Positions 35,739 to 46,078 of a DNA stretch of 60,836 nucleotides are shown here, piece after piece. Every line of letters begins with the position of its first letter. Position 1 is the stretch's first letter. Both the position numbers and the translations under genes were made by a program. The notes beneath the pieces are model-generated. The model ran no database searches. It saw only the letters and a list, made by a program, of their open reading frames with translations, and was not told the origin of the DNA. The stretch comes from a virus (Duplodnaviria > Caudoviricetes), in IMG/VR virus record IMGVR_UViG_3300020005_000005, positions 1 to 60,836 of that record. The stretch is one strand, 5' to 3'.

Positions 35739-38700
35739 TGCCAGCTATAGAAAATAAAAAATCAGAAGTCAACGAACAAGCAATACGTTACCAAGCGCGG
35801 ACAACTTTGGCCGACTTGGCCAACGAGATATGCTCGATCCGTAATCTTGAAAAGGATACTACGATTGCTCTGATTAAACGTGCGGCTAAGATTCGTTATT
35901 GGCTTAAGGCACTGGATGCTAAGGAGTTTTTAACAAGGGAACAAAGAGAACAAATCTGGTATAAATTAATAGAAATTTCTCAAATTTATAATTTTCCCAC
36001 AGCACCAATTCTGGAACTTCGCAATAGGCCGAGTATCCTGACAGGATTGCCTGGCGCTAAGGGGGATACCGGTGCTGCTGGTGGCGGCACTGGTGGTATT
36101 CCTTTCAGCAGGAGCGCCGTTAACACGGGTGTCACCGTGGTTGACTTATTTCCCATCACTATTGGTTCAGGTACTGAGTGGTTATATACGGTTAAGAACG
36201 GAACAGATCAGCGAACTGGTCATATCGAAGCTACGTGGTTGGCCAATGGATCTGCTGTCGAGTTTGGTGATGACAACACAACCACCGAAATAGGAGACAC
36301 ATCTGATGTCCAGTTGAGTGTTGATTATAGTGCCGGTGAAATAAGATTATTGGCTACCGCTCTGTCCGACGGCTGGACCGTAGAGGGAACTCGTTCTGGC
36401 ATACCGGTGATTGTATCCAGCGGAGGAGGATCAGGTGGCGTCACCGGGCCTGCTTCATCAGTCACCGATGATTTTGCTTCTTTCTTGGATACTTCTGGGC
36501 AAGTACTAAAAGATTCAGGATATAATGCGGCATCGTTTCTGAAACAAGGTCCCAACACGCTTACACAAAATTTAGATTTTGACGGGGCTTTTCATGTAGG
36601 CTTTGGGTATGCTACTACACCAATAACTACATTCAGGGTCAATACCGGGGGTATGACTTTGACCAGTGGTTATTTCGATCTTTTTGCGGGTCAATTCAAC
36701 TTCAATGGTTCCTCTGGACTCCATAATTTCATTGTTGGTACTTCGCCGGGGGCTTCGGGAGAACCGGGGTTACAAGTAGGTTATGGTACAGGTGGACCCA
36801 ACACATCTCAGATTTTTTTAAGCGCGAACGGGCCAACGCCTAGCACAGATGGAGCCCAGATCTCTATATATGGCGTTATCAATCCGTTTATTCAAATGAC
36901 GGTAGGGGTAGGTACTAGGGCTAATTTTTATTCTGATGCTATTGATTTTGATGGGGCTATAGATGTCGGCTTTGGACAGAACACACCTATAACAACTTTT
37001 AACATTGCAAATGATGAAGGGCTTTTTGTTAAAATGGGGCACCTTGGTGACGGTAATGCAATGGAACTTGGGGCTGCATCGGCGCATCTTGATTTTAATA
37101 TTGGTAGTTTTGGAAATGAAACAGCAATCTTATCCGGTGATGGTATTGCTGTTCTAAGTAGTATAAATGGAAATCAAGTATCCGTTGGAGATATTTCTCC
37201 GGCAGGGACGGGCTCACCAAGAGGAGTCAAAATAATTACTAATTCTATACTTAGAATGACTATAACGGAAGCGGGGGCTTTTAGATTTCTCCCCTCTGTT
37301 GCTCCCGTTGTGGGTCAAGTCATAACCGCGACAAATGTAGATGGTACGTGGACATGGCAGACACCATCAGGAGGCGGCGGAACTGTAACCTCTGTTTCAG
37401 GTACAACCAATCGAATAACCTCAACAGGAGGCGCTACTCCTGTAATTGATATTTCAGCTTCTTATGTGGGGCAGACTTCAATTACAACGCTAGGAACAAT
37501 CACAACCGGAACGTGGACAGGCACAGCAATCACTGCTGCTAATGGTGGGACAGGTATAACTTCTTACGCGGTTGGCGATATATTATATGCCTCCGGTGCT
37601 ACTACTCTTTCTAAGTTAGCGGATGTTGCTGCCGGATCTTATTTAAGGAGTGGTGGAGTAACCACTGCACCAGCCTGGTCAACAGTGACACTTCCTAATA
37701 CGGTTGCAACAGGGGACATCTGGCAAGCATCGGCTACCAACACTGTAGTAGTTCTGCCTTCTGTAGCAACAGGGAATGTTTTAATCTCAGGAGGCGTAAC
37801 CACGGTATCCGCTTGGGGAAAGGTTACGTCTGCACACGTTGATGCGACGGTATTGACTACTACCACAGGATGGCAAGTTGCAGGAACTTCTACTTTCACC
37901 GGAGCCGTTCTGATCGACCAAACCACCACAGCAGGTAACACCCTTAAATTCAAGTCTGCCAACCTTGGAGTCACCCCGGTTGACGGCAAAGGAATCTGGC
38001 TATACAACGATACGGCAGCAGCAGCAGGAGCACAACAAATTTCCGGTTCAATAGTACAGGAAGGTCAGGGATGGGCGACTACTCCAGTAGCTTCACAATC
38101 AGTAAAGTTTAGAGCCGACGTTCTCCCGGTTCAAGGTGCGGCGAATCCATCGGCAACATGGAGATTGTTTTCCAGCATCAATGCCGGTGCCTATGTGACG
38201 CAGGTAACCGTTACCTCTGGTGGAGTGATGACGTTGGGTACACCAGGAAGTGGCCTTGGACAACTTGCCACAAATAATATACTTCTTAGCGGCACCGGCT
38301 CAGCGTCATTGCAATTACTTCTAAATTCAAGTTCTGTTGCTTTCATGGCGGTTGCCACCGGTGGGACAATAATGAGTGTCAACAGCCAGACGGCCACCAT
38401 TATCCTATCACTTGCCGGAAATTCCGGTAGTAACTGGATGGCTAACACTAGCGGTAATCTCACTCAATTCAACGCTTCGGTTGAATTTCGCCCAACATCA
38501 GGCACAGCGACGGTCAACTACATAAATTCGAGCGCGGTCATCAACATGACCGGCGGGGCAAACGGTTTGCAGACCATATTCAGAAGTGCCCCAACCATCA
38601 CCGCGGCGGTTGATCTTATTGGATTTTTACATGACCCCGTCACTCCGGCTAATATCTCAGGAGTGCATTTGGCTTTCAAGGCGACATCGGGCAGCGGGCT

Positions 38701-38896
38701 GATCGGCGGGACGACCCTGACCACCAACGCAATCCTTGATCTGCAATCAACGACCAAAGCCTTCATTCCGCCACGCATGACGACCACACAGCGCGACGCA
38801 ATCGGAAGCCCTTCGGCCGGCATGGTGATCCACAACACAACGACAGGAAAACTCAACGTTTACACGACGGCCTGGGAGGCGGTCACATCAGCTTAA
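35738..38896 (+). CDS. Long tail fibre/hub protein
   Basis: 1052 aa, Gly/Thr/Ser-rich; short collagen-like GLPGAKGDTG; C-terminal FIPPRMTTTQRDAI. Confidence 0.8.
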   Translation: MPAIENKKSEVNEQAIRYQARTTLADLANEICSIRNLEKDTTIALIKRAAKIRYWLKALDAKEFLTREQREQIWYKLIEISQIYNFPTAPILELRNRPSILTGLPGAKGDTGAAGGGTGGIPFSRSAVNTGVTVVDLFPITIGSGTEWLYTVKNGTDQRTGHIEATWLANGSAVEFGDDNTTTEIGDTSDVQLSVDYSAGEIRLLATALSDGWTVEGTRSGIPVIVSSGGGSGGVTGPASSVTDDFASFLDTSGQVLKDSGYNAASFLKQGPNTLTQNLDFDGAFHVGFGYATTPITTFRVNTGGMTLTSGYFDLFAGQFNFNGSSGLHNFIVGTSPGASGEPGLQVGYGTGGPNTSQIFLSANGPTPSTDGAQISIYGVINPFIQMTVGVGTRANFYSDAIDFDGAIDVGFGQNTPITTFNIANDEGLFVKMGHLGDGNAMELGAASAHLDFNIGSFGNETAILSGDGIAVLSSINGNQVSVGDISPAGTGSPRGVKIITNSILRMTITEAGAFRFLPSVAPVVGQVITATNVDGTWTWQTPSGGGGTVTSVSGTTNRITSTGGATPVIDISASYVGQTSITTLGTITTGTWTGTAITAANGGTGITSYAVGDILYASGATTLSKLADVAAGSYLRSGGVTTAPAWSTVTLPNTVATGDIWQASATNTVVVLPSVATGNVLISGGVTTVSAWGKVTSAHVDATVLTTTTGWQVAGTSTFTGAVLIDQTTTAGNTLKFKSANLGVTPVDGKGIWLYNDTAAAAGAQQISGSIVQEGQGWATTPVASQSVKFRADVLPVQGAANPSATWRLFSSINAGAYVTQVTVTSGGVMTLGTPGSGLGQLATNNILLSGTGSASLQLLLNSSSVAFMAVATGGTIMSVNSQTATIILSLAGNSGSNWMANTSGNLTQFNASVEFRPTSGTATVNYINSSAVINMTGGANGLQTIFRSAPTITAAVDLIGFLHDPVTPANISGVHLAFKATSGSGLIGGTTLTTNAILDLQSTTKAFIPPRMTTTQRDAIGSPSAGMVIHNTTTGKLNVYTTAWEAVTSA

Positions 38897-38914
38897 AAAT
38901 TAACAACTAAAACT

Positions 38915-39325
38915 ATGGCAACAGTAGCATTGACAGATGACCAAAAGGAACAGCTCCGGGCCAGTTCCAAATTCATACCGATGATCCGCACGGCAGCTTT
39001 GAACAAATCAAAGTTTTGGGCTGTGACGACCGACCCCACGGCTATCCCGGGAGGTCAGACGGCGCTCAACATTATCAGGTGGGCAAAGAGCCGCTTGATT
39101 TCCGCCCAGATGTTAAACAGCCCTCAGGTGATTGATGGGAATGTCAATCTTCAAATCCTCTTTTTGAAGAACCTTACGCAGAACGTGTGGGATAACGTGG
39201 CGGTCAATCCGTTCAATGCGGATGCTGTGATACTGAACATGGAGACATCCGGCAATGCGCCAACAATGATTGACGCCCCTATGGATACCACCTTTGACGA
39301 CCTTATCAAATACATGGTCTTCTGA
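38915..39325 (+). CDS. Hypothetical protein (possible fibre-associated)
   Basis: 136 aa between two fibre genes. Confidence 0.55.
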   Translation: MATVALTDDQKEQLRASSKFIPMIRTAALNKSKFWAVTTDPTAIPGGQTALNIIRWAKSRLISAQMLNSPQVIDGNVNLQILFLKNLTQNVWDNVAVNPFNADAVILNMETSGNAPTMIDAPMDTTFDDLIKYMVF

Positions 39326-39350
39326 TCGATGAAGCTCAGAATAAAATTAC

Positions 39351-42110
39351 ATGGCTAAAGGAGAAATTATTTGGAATCAACTCTATTTTAAGGGATGGAC
39401 TCTTTCGCAGGACCTGGCCGCTAAAATATTGTCCATCGACAATACTGGTAAGATAGTATCTCGTCCGGCGATTGATACGTCTGCCTTTATGTCCTCAGCA
39501 TTAACCGATAGTTATATTTTTGTTGGTAATGCTTCAAATATAGCCGAAGGAGTACCTGTTACAGGAGATATAATACTGGCTAATAATGGGGCAGTATCTA
39601 TTGCCGATAATGTTATTGTAGATAGTGACATTTCTGCTACGGCAGCGATTGCTCTGAGCAAGTTAAACGGGCTTACTCCATCCCGCGTGGTAGTTACCAG
39701 TAACCTTGGGGTTTTACAGGCTTCTACTAAAACAACAACCGATCTTACTTATTTGGATGCCACTTCCAGCATTCAAACTCAACTCAATACTAAATTAGCA
39801 GCTACTATCACCAGCCCGGTGACCGGTGACATGATTCGTTATAGTGGTTCTGCGTGGGTGAACTTTCCGGTTGGGACTAATGGATTTGTACTTACTGTCT
39901 CCGCTGGCGTTCCTACCTGGGCTGCTGCTGCTGCGGGTAATTTACCTGTGGGAGGGACGACTGGTCAGTATCTCAATAAGATTGACGCAACCAATTACAA
40001 CGCCCAATGGTCCACCCTGACGGTCGCTAAGATTACTGATCTGACCGCCTCGGCCGCAGAACTTAATATTATGGACGGAGTCACAACTGACTTTACCCAC
40101 ATCAACTACTTAACAGATGTGACAAGTCTGATTCAGGCTCAAATCAATGCTAAACAAGCAACTATTACGGGTGGCGCATCCACAATTGTCTCATCCAATC
40201 TTTCGACCAACCTTGTGCTTGTTTCCGACGGTTCGGGTAAAGTTATCGTTAGCACAGTATCAACAACTATACTTGGGTATATAGGAGGACTAACATCTAG
40301 CGCCCAAGCCCAACTTGATAGCAAACTCACCAAATCTCTTTCTCAAAATGCTCTTTGGGTGGGCAATGGTTCCAATATAGCAGTTGAATTATCCCCCGGA
40401 ACTACCGGATATGTACTTACTTCAGTAGGTGGTGTTCCAACATGGCAACCGGCCAGTGGTGGAGGAGGCGGTGGTATAGCAGGTCCTGGGTCCTCTACTG
40501 ATAATGCTGTGGTTCGATGGGACGGCGTATTGGGCACCGTTGTACAAGATAGCAGCATGCTTGTCGGTGATACTGGAATTGTTACGGGCGCCACATGGAA
40601 TGCCAATAAAATAGGACTTGCTTATGGTGGTACCAATGCCGATCTATCAGGAACAGGAGGTACGTCCAATTATCTCAAACAGGCCTCCGTTGGGGCGGCC
40701 ATTACAGTAGGTACCATTCCAGCTTCCGACATAGCTAGTGGTGCCGCTCTGACAAGGGTAAGTGATACCAACGTCACTTTGACTTTGGGCGGTGCGCCTA
40801 CCACGGCACTATTAACTGCCTCGTCGATCACAGTAGGTTGGGCAGGTACCCTAGCCTATGCTCGATTTGTAGACGGCGCAGGACTATCGGTTGTTGGACG
40901 TGCAACCAATAGTGCAGGTGTACAGGCTGATATCACGGCTGGTACAGATGCTCACGTATTGAGACGCTCAGGTACATCAATCGGTTTTGGGACGATAGGT
41001 GATGCTAGTATTACGGCCTTGGCCTTTGGTAAGCTGACCGGATTACCTACTACTTTGGCTGGTTATGGAATACTTGACGCGGCCAACAAATACTGGACAC
41101 TCAATCCACAAAGCGGCACAACCTATACTTTTGTATTAACCGACAAGGATACTGTTCTAGTACAAGCAACCAATGCTGCCGCTAGCAGTTTCACCATTCC
41201 TCCTAACGCCAGTGTAGCTTATCCTACAGGATCTCAGATCGCCTTGACTTGGGACGGAGTAGGCCAACCTTCCTTTGTAGCTGGTGCGGGAGTAACTCTC
41301 AATAGTTCTTCTGGAGATCTGACAGTACCCTCGCGCTATTCTATAGCTATTGCAACCAAGATCGCCACCAATACATGGTACGTGTGGAACGGCTCGGCTT
41401 TTGCTGCTCAATCAGCTAATGTTGTATTTGCCGGGCCAACGTCCGGTGGTGCTGCTGTTCCTACCTTCAGGGCCCTTGTAGCTGCTGATATCGGGACTAT
41501 TGCGGTAGCCAATGGTGGAACCAACATCACTTCCTACGTAGCGGGTGATATTCTTTATGCTTCTGGTACAACAACATTATCCACACTGGCTATTGGAACA
41601 ACCGGGCAGATCCTTTATGTTACTGGAGGAATACCTGCGTGGAAGAGTGAAGTTAGCATCACTTTAGGTAAAACTGACGATATAGGTAGCCTCACTGCTA
41701 ATTTTGAATTACTATCAAGTGTAGCAAATAATAAAACATCCACTTATTTTAGTAATAACGTCGCGGCTTCTTGGAATGGTGCAAGTGCCTCTACTAACGT
41801 TCTGCAATCAGTACCCAACACAGGGACTATCCTCGTCAGAGGTACGTTTGTGGGAGTGCAGACAAGTGGCACAGCCGGATCAACGGGGTTCCATTATGTA
41901 TTTGAACGCGCATTTAGACGTACAGGGTCTACCACTACAGCAATAGGTGCTGCGACAGTAACATCCTCCTCTAATGATACGGGGTTAACATTCTCAACCG
42001 TTCCGACATTTAGTACAAGCGGTAGTAATATTAATTTTGACAGACAGTTGTCCGCCACTACCATAACCTTTAATGTGCTTCTGAAAATAGAAGTTACCGA
42101 AGTAGTATAA
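39351..42110 (+). CDS. Tail fibre protein
   Basis: 919 aa; repeated TSxIQxQLxxK and GTxGxVLT...GVPTW modules. Confidence 0.8.
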   Translation: MAKGEIIWNQLYFKGWTLSQDLAAKILSIDNTGKIVSRPAIDTSAFMSSALTDSYIFVGNASNIAEGVPVTGDIILANNGAVSIADNVIVDSDISATAAIALSKLNGLTPSRVVVTSNLGVLQASTKTTTDLTYLDATSSIQTQLNTKLAATITSPVTGDMIRYSGSAWVNFPVGTNGFVLTVSAGVPTWAAAAAGNLPVGGTTGQYLNKIDATNYNAQWSTLTVAKITDLTASAAELNIMDGVTTDFTHINYLTDVTSLIQAQINAKQATITGGASTIVSSNLSTNLVLVSDGSGKVIVSTVSTTILGYIGGLTSSAQAQLDSKLTKSLSQNALWVGNGSNIAVELSPGTTGYVLTSVGGVPTWQPASGGGGGGIAGPGSSTDNAVVRWDGVLGTVVQDSSMLVGDTGIVTGATWNANKIGLAYGGTNADLSGTGGTSNYLKQASVGAAITVGTIPASDIASGAALTRVSDTNVTLTLGGAPTTALLTASSITVGWAGTLAYARFVDGAGLSVVGRATNSAGVQADITAGTDAHVLRRSGTSIGFGTIGDASITALAFGKLTGLPTTLAGYGILDAANKYWTLNPQSGTTYTFVLTDKDTVLVQATNAAASSFTIPPNASVAYPTGSQIALTWDGVGQPSFVAGAGVTLNSSSGDLTVPSRYSIAIATKIATNTWYVWNGSAFAAQSANVVFAGPTSGGAAVPTFRALVAADIGTIAVANGGTNITSYVAGDILYASGTTTLSTLAIGTTGQILYVTGGIPAWKSEVSITLGKTDDIGSLTANFELLSSVANNKTSTYFSNNVAASWNGASASTNVLQSVPNTGTILVRGTFVGVQTSGTAGSTGFHYVFERAFRRTGSTTTAIGAATVTSSSNDTGLTFSTVPTFSTSGSNINFDRQLSATTITFNVLLKIEVTEVV

Positions 42111-43390
42111 TGTTTCCATCATCTATAGCATCTGGCCGTCGGGTAGTAACCAGGCAATATTTACCTCTGGCGGCGGCTCCGTCGTTGACAGCACCACATA
42201 CGACAATTCCATCGGACGACTATGCGCCCGGTTTCTTTACATACGCTAACTTCGGCGGGACTAATACAGTAGGGAATGACGTAATTTTAAGTGGCAATTT
42301 TAACCTAGGTCTAGATTGCAACGGTTTTAGTACGACGGTTAATCCGAGCCCTTATTACAGGATGGTTAATTTTGATGGTGCGACCGTGCTGGGTAGTTCC
42401 TCTTTAGCGGATCATGCAATGCAGACCATTGGGTCATTCTCCGGCGTAGAACTGTATGGTAAATCTGCCACCGAACCTTTAGTTTTTAAATCACAAACTC
42501 AAAATGGCGCTCAGATTGGATCTACTTCTTTTGGATCTTACTTTTTATTTCAAAACTGTGTAGTCAAGGGTGCCGGAGCGAGCGGAATGACTGCTAATTT
42601 TGGAAGTACTTCAATTTATTATGAGTCCGTAACTCTTTATCAATATAGAACTTTTAATACAGGAGAGGAGGGAATTTGCTATTTAGGACATACTTCCAAT
42701 CCATTTAGTTATCTTAATTATGCGACGGTTACTCATTGCTTTTCATACATTTCTCAGCGAGAGGGCACGCAGTTTGAGCACATCAACTATCTCACATCAC
42801 ATCATAACACCTGTGTCTTGCCTGGGCAGACGGCTACGGGCGGCCAAAATCACGGATTGCAAGCGCACGACATTGGCGCGGGATCTACGATTGCATACAA
42901 TATTTATGACGGATCCAAATATCCATTCAACATATTTACTCACGGACTAACTATCTCCTATACCTATTTTGGGTTTACTAATAGTGGTACAGGATATGGT
43001 GGCTTCATCGGTAGAACCGATAATTCTTATTTCTCAACCAGTCCGCGCCTCACAGGCGAGCCTTTAATATTCTACCGTTGTTACTTTAATTACACAGGTG
43101 TCGGAACATTAACTTACATGACATCAATAGAAGAAAGAGTAGCCAATATTATCTTCCTTGAATGTGTATTTAGTCCCAATATTACCAACGCTTACTTAGA
43201 CAACAGGGTTGCCGGTTATACTAATACGATCACAGGAACGATAGGTACCAATGGCAATACGTCAGCAACCATCTTGTCGCCCACTTATATAACTGGTTAT
43301 AACGATCAGGACGATTACGAACATCAAGGTTTACTCACCAGTCCATTCTACTTATCGCTGAGAATGGGCTACAGAACAATGGCAGCATAA
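42110..43390 (+). CDS. Putative tailspike/receptor-binding protein (possible beta-helix)
   Basis: 426 aa rich in Tyr/Phe/Asn/Gly/Thr; TAATG-coupled to the fibre gene. Confidence 0.55.
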   Translation: MFPSSIASGRRVVTRQYLPLAAAPSLTAPHTTIPSDDYAPGFFTYANFGGTNTVGNDVILSGNFNLGLDCNGFSTTVNPSPYYRMVNFDGATVLGSSSLADHAMQTIGSFSGVELYGKSATEPLVFKSQTQNGAQIGSTSFGSYFLFQNCVVKGAGASGMTANFGSTSIYYESVTLYQYRTFNTGEEGICYLGHTSNPFSYLNYATVTHCFSYISQREGTQFEHINYLTSHHNTCVLPGQTATGGQNHGLQAHDIGAGSTIAYNIYDGSKYPFNIFTHGLTISYTYFGFTNSGTGYGGFIGRTDNSYFSTSPRLTGEPLIFYRCYFNYTGVGTLTYMTSIEERVANIIFLECVFSPNITNAYLDNRVAGYTNTITGTIGTNGNTSATILSPTYITGYNDQDDYEHQGLLTSPFYLSLRMGYRTMAA

Positions 43391-43971
43391 TGAAAAATAA
43401 AATATTAATTTTACTCTTCTTCTGTCTTTTCTCCGTTTCCTGCAACGATTTTTTGGATACTTGGGAAGGCTATGTGATTGAAAACGATGCACATTATAGT
43501 CATCGATCAGGATTACCACCTAGAGTAGTAAGTTTCAAGGATGGCAGACATTTGGTATTCGATGCTCGATTCGATCCTTCATGTTTGTATGACCCTAGTC
43601 TACTTGGTCAGGATGGAGCAGATATAAATAAACTGTATGGTTTTACTGATTGTAATTCGTTAATTCATCAAAATTCAGCGCGTTTTGGTTGGCGAGTAGT
43701 ACAAGATCAAAAGATAGAGATCTTTAGTTATTCATATTCCAACGGCAAAGTCGATTATCATTCCATGGGCTTTACGGAGCCCAATAAGGTAGATCACTAC
43801 GAAATTTGGGCTAAATATGATTCTTATTATTTTAATTTTAACGGCGCCGAGTACGAATCTGATCGGTCCAAAGATTGTGTTCACGGGCTCCGGGTGAGAT
43901 TATATCCTTATTTTGGAGGCAACGCCAAAGCACCTCACCGAATGGAAATATTCATCTACGAATATAATTAA
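43390..43971 (+). CDS. Lipoprotein
   Basis: MKNKILILLFFCLFSVS|C lipobox; beta-rich body with INKLYGF and SARFGWR. Confidence 0.7.
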   Translation: MKNKILILLFFCLFSVSCNDFLDTWEGYVIENDAHYSHRSGLPPRVVSFKDGRHLVFDARFDPSCLYDPSLLGQDGADINKLYGFTDCNSLIHQNSARFGWRVVQDQKIEIFSYSYSNGKVDYHSMGFTEPNKVDHYEIWAKYDSYYFNFNGAEYESDRSKDCVHGLRVRLYPYFGGNAKAPHRMEIFIYEYN

Positions 43972-43980
43972 ACATAAAAT

Positions 43981-45588
43981 ATGTTTCCTTATACATACGG
44001 CAAAGCAAGAATAGGCGGAGATTCAGCAGTCCTCGGTGTTAATTTTTTAACCAATTCTAATCTCGGTTTAATAAATGGTTCTGGTGGAGTGGCCGGCCTT
44101 GCCCCAAAGTTAGATAACACTTATCAGAGTTTTGCTGGAGGTGTTTTAAGAAAGACTGATAAAGGATTGATCGTTGAAGACACCCGCCAAAACTTCATAG
44201 CCGCTTCTTCGGATTTTATAAACGCGGCATGGGCCGCTGGTTCATTTACAGGAATTGTATCTAAACTTAGTGTTATACCGTCAGTAACTGGCGCGTCCGA
44301 GTTTGAATCCAACACTAATCAAGGATTAATTAATCAAAATAACAGAGGAACATTCTCAGCGGGGGTAGAAACGCTTTGGTGCTTGGTGGAGGCCACGCCA
44401 TCGGCCACAGATTTTGGGATGGCGATGGGTGACTCTACATCCGGGAACGTCGAGGTTATTGGGATGTATTTCAACTTTGTCACCAAAGTGATCACACAAA
44501 GAGGAAACGCCAATACTCGCATCTTTGGATATATAGATTTTGGTCCTGCAAGTGGCCCTAATGGTGGAAATTTATTTTTACTTATCACTTCGGGAACACC
44601 CGCCGCCGGCACAGTAGGTCACACGCGCAGAATGTTTTTATATCCTAACGGGTCAACAGCCGGAACCGCAGGCAGAAAGACTACTTTACATCATCTTCAA
44701 TATGAACCTGGCGCTTTTGCAACTTCGCCCATTGTAAATGCAAGTACAACTAGCAATACACGCGCGGCAGAGTCAATAACAGTATCAGTAGCTACAGGAA
44801 CCTACGATGTAAGGTTTACTACGCAGGACGGAACAATAAACGATAAATATGCGGTAGCCAGTTCCTCTAATTTATTGACCATTCCGTTAGACATAACACA
44901 GAACGTATCAATTCAAATAGGTGACGTATTTTTACAGCGCTTACAGAGGAATGGATCAATATCCAATATATCCATTTGGAACCAAAAAGTTAATAATATT
45001 CATGGTCTCGGCGATAGTTACTTGGTTCTCGGGGCATCTGGCGGACAGAATGTAATCCAGTGGTTACCACCAAAATTGTACAGGCCTAGAGTATGGACTT
45101 TTGATGGAGTTGGTGCCACCTCTCTTACTCAGCAGGCGGTTAGGTTTGATGCTACGCCATCATTTTACGGGGACCTTCTTGTAATAGTAGATGGTGTTAT
45201 TGACGGACTAACTACTAATAACGACTTCGCACTCATAGTCCAACCGGCAATCGAAAGCATGCTTGCTCATTTAACTACCTCTCCAAAGCAATGGATTTAT
45301 GTACAACCAAACCCAGATGTAAATGCTGGCACTGTAGGAAGCGTTTATTATACTAGATGGCTCCTGATTCAGTCCCAAATAAAGGCGGCGTATCCAAATA
45401 ATTATGTTGAAACTTTACCTCAAATGCAAGCATTCAATAATGGATCAGCCAATGATCTTGCAGATATAGCCGCCGGCGAATGGCCCAGATCTTTGAGAAT
45501 AGACGCCGCTAATGTTCATCCTAATGAGTTAGGGTCGATGTATCTGGCTCAAATAATAGACAACGCGATTCAGGCCCGTGGCTACTGA
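43981..45588 (+). CDS. Virion fibre/spike with C-terminal SGNH hydrolase domain
   Basis: GLIVEDTRQN and QYEPGAFATSPI...TRAAE fibre motifs; GLGDSY and VHPNELG SGNH motifs. Confidence 0.75.
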   Translation: MFPYTYGKARIGGDSAVLGVNFLTNSNLGLINGSGGVAGLAPKLDNTYQSFAGGVLRKTDKGLIVEDTRQNFIAASSDFINAAWAAGSFTGIVSKLSVIPSVTGASEFESNTNQGLINQNNRGTFSAGVETLWCLVEATPSATDFGMAMGDSTSGNVEVIGMYFNFVTKVITQRGNANTRIFGYIDFGPASGPNGGNLFLLITSGTPAAGTVGHTRRMFLYPNGSTAGTAGRKTTLHHLQYEPGAFATSPIVNASTTSNTRAAESITVSVATGTYDVRFTTQDGTINDKYAVASSSNLLTIPLDITQNVSIQIGDVFLQRLQRNGSISNISIWNQKVNNIHGLGDSYLVLGASGGQNVIQWLPPKLYRPRVWTFDGVGATSLTQQAVRFDATPSFYGDLLVIVDGVIDGLTTNNDFALIVQPAIESMLAHLTTSPKQWIYVQPNPDVNAGTVGSVYYTRWLLIQSQIKAAYPNNYVETLPQMQAFNNGSANDLADIAAGEWPRSLRIDAANVHPNELGSMYLAQIIDNAIQARGY

Positions 45589-45590
45589 TT

Positions 45591-45605
45591 TGGCACGATT
45601 TTTGT
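45591..45605 (+). promoter_or_regulatory. Sigma54-type -24/-12 motif
   Basis: TGGCACGATTTTTGT, intergenic. Confidence 0.75.
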
Positions 45606-45646
45606 ACTAAACATACGCATTAACCAATTTTAAACTAACAAAATTT

Positions 45647-46057
45647 ATGGAACAAATCGAACTTTCAATTGTAGAACTTTACGAACTTCGCGCGCTTTTG
45701 GACGGTTTTGCCATCATCAAACCCGCAAAAGAGGGTGAAGAGCCTAAAAGAGAGGCTATTTATCCGGGTTTTATCTCTGAAAAAGGCATCACTGAGGGCA
45801 CCAAAAGACAGATCAGAAAGGCATCCAAAGTACTTAACGAAGAACTCAAGACCATCGAGGAGCAGCGCCAGGAGATAAGAAATTACAAAGAAGAGGGTCT
45901 GTCTGAGGAAGAACTCAAGGCTAAAATCCTAGCAAAGGATCAAGAAGTGCTTAATGACAAGGTCAAATTCATGGTTGAAAAACTGGACTTTCAGAGGATT
46001 GAGGACCTTACTTTATCCATGGACTACGGATTATTGTACGAAAAGTTGTTTAAATAA
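45647..46057 (+). CDS. Hypothetical acidic helical protein
   Basis: 136 aa, Glu/Lys-rich. Confidence 0.6.
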   Translation: MEQIELSIVELYELRALLDGFAIIKPAKEGEEPKREAIYPGFISEKGITEGTKRQIRKASKVLNEELKTIEEQRQEIRNYKEEGLSEEELKAKILAKDQEVLNDKVKFMVEKLDFQRIEDLTLSMDYGLLYEKLFK

Positions 46058-46078
46058 ACAAAATATTAATAAAAAATC

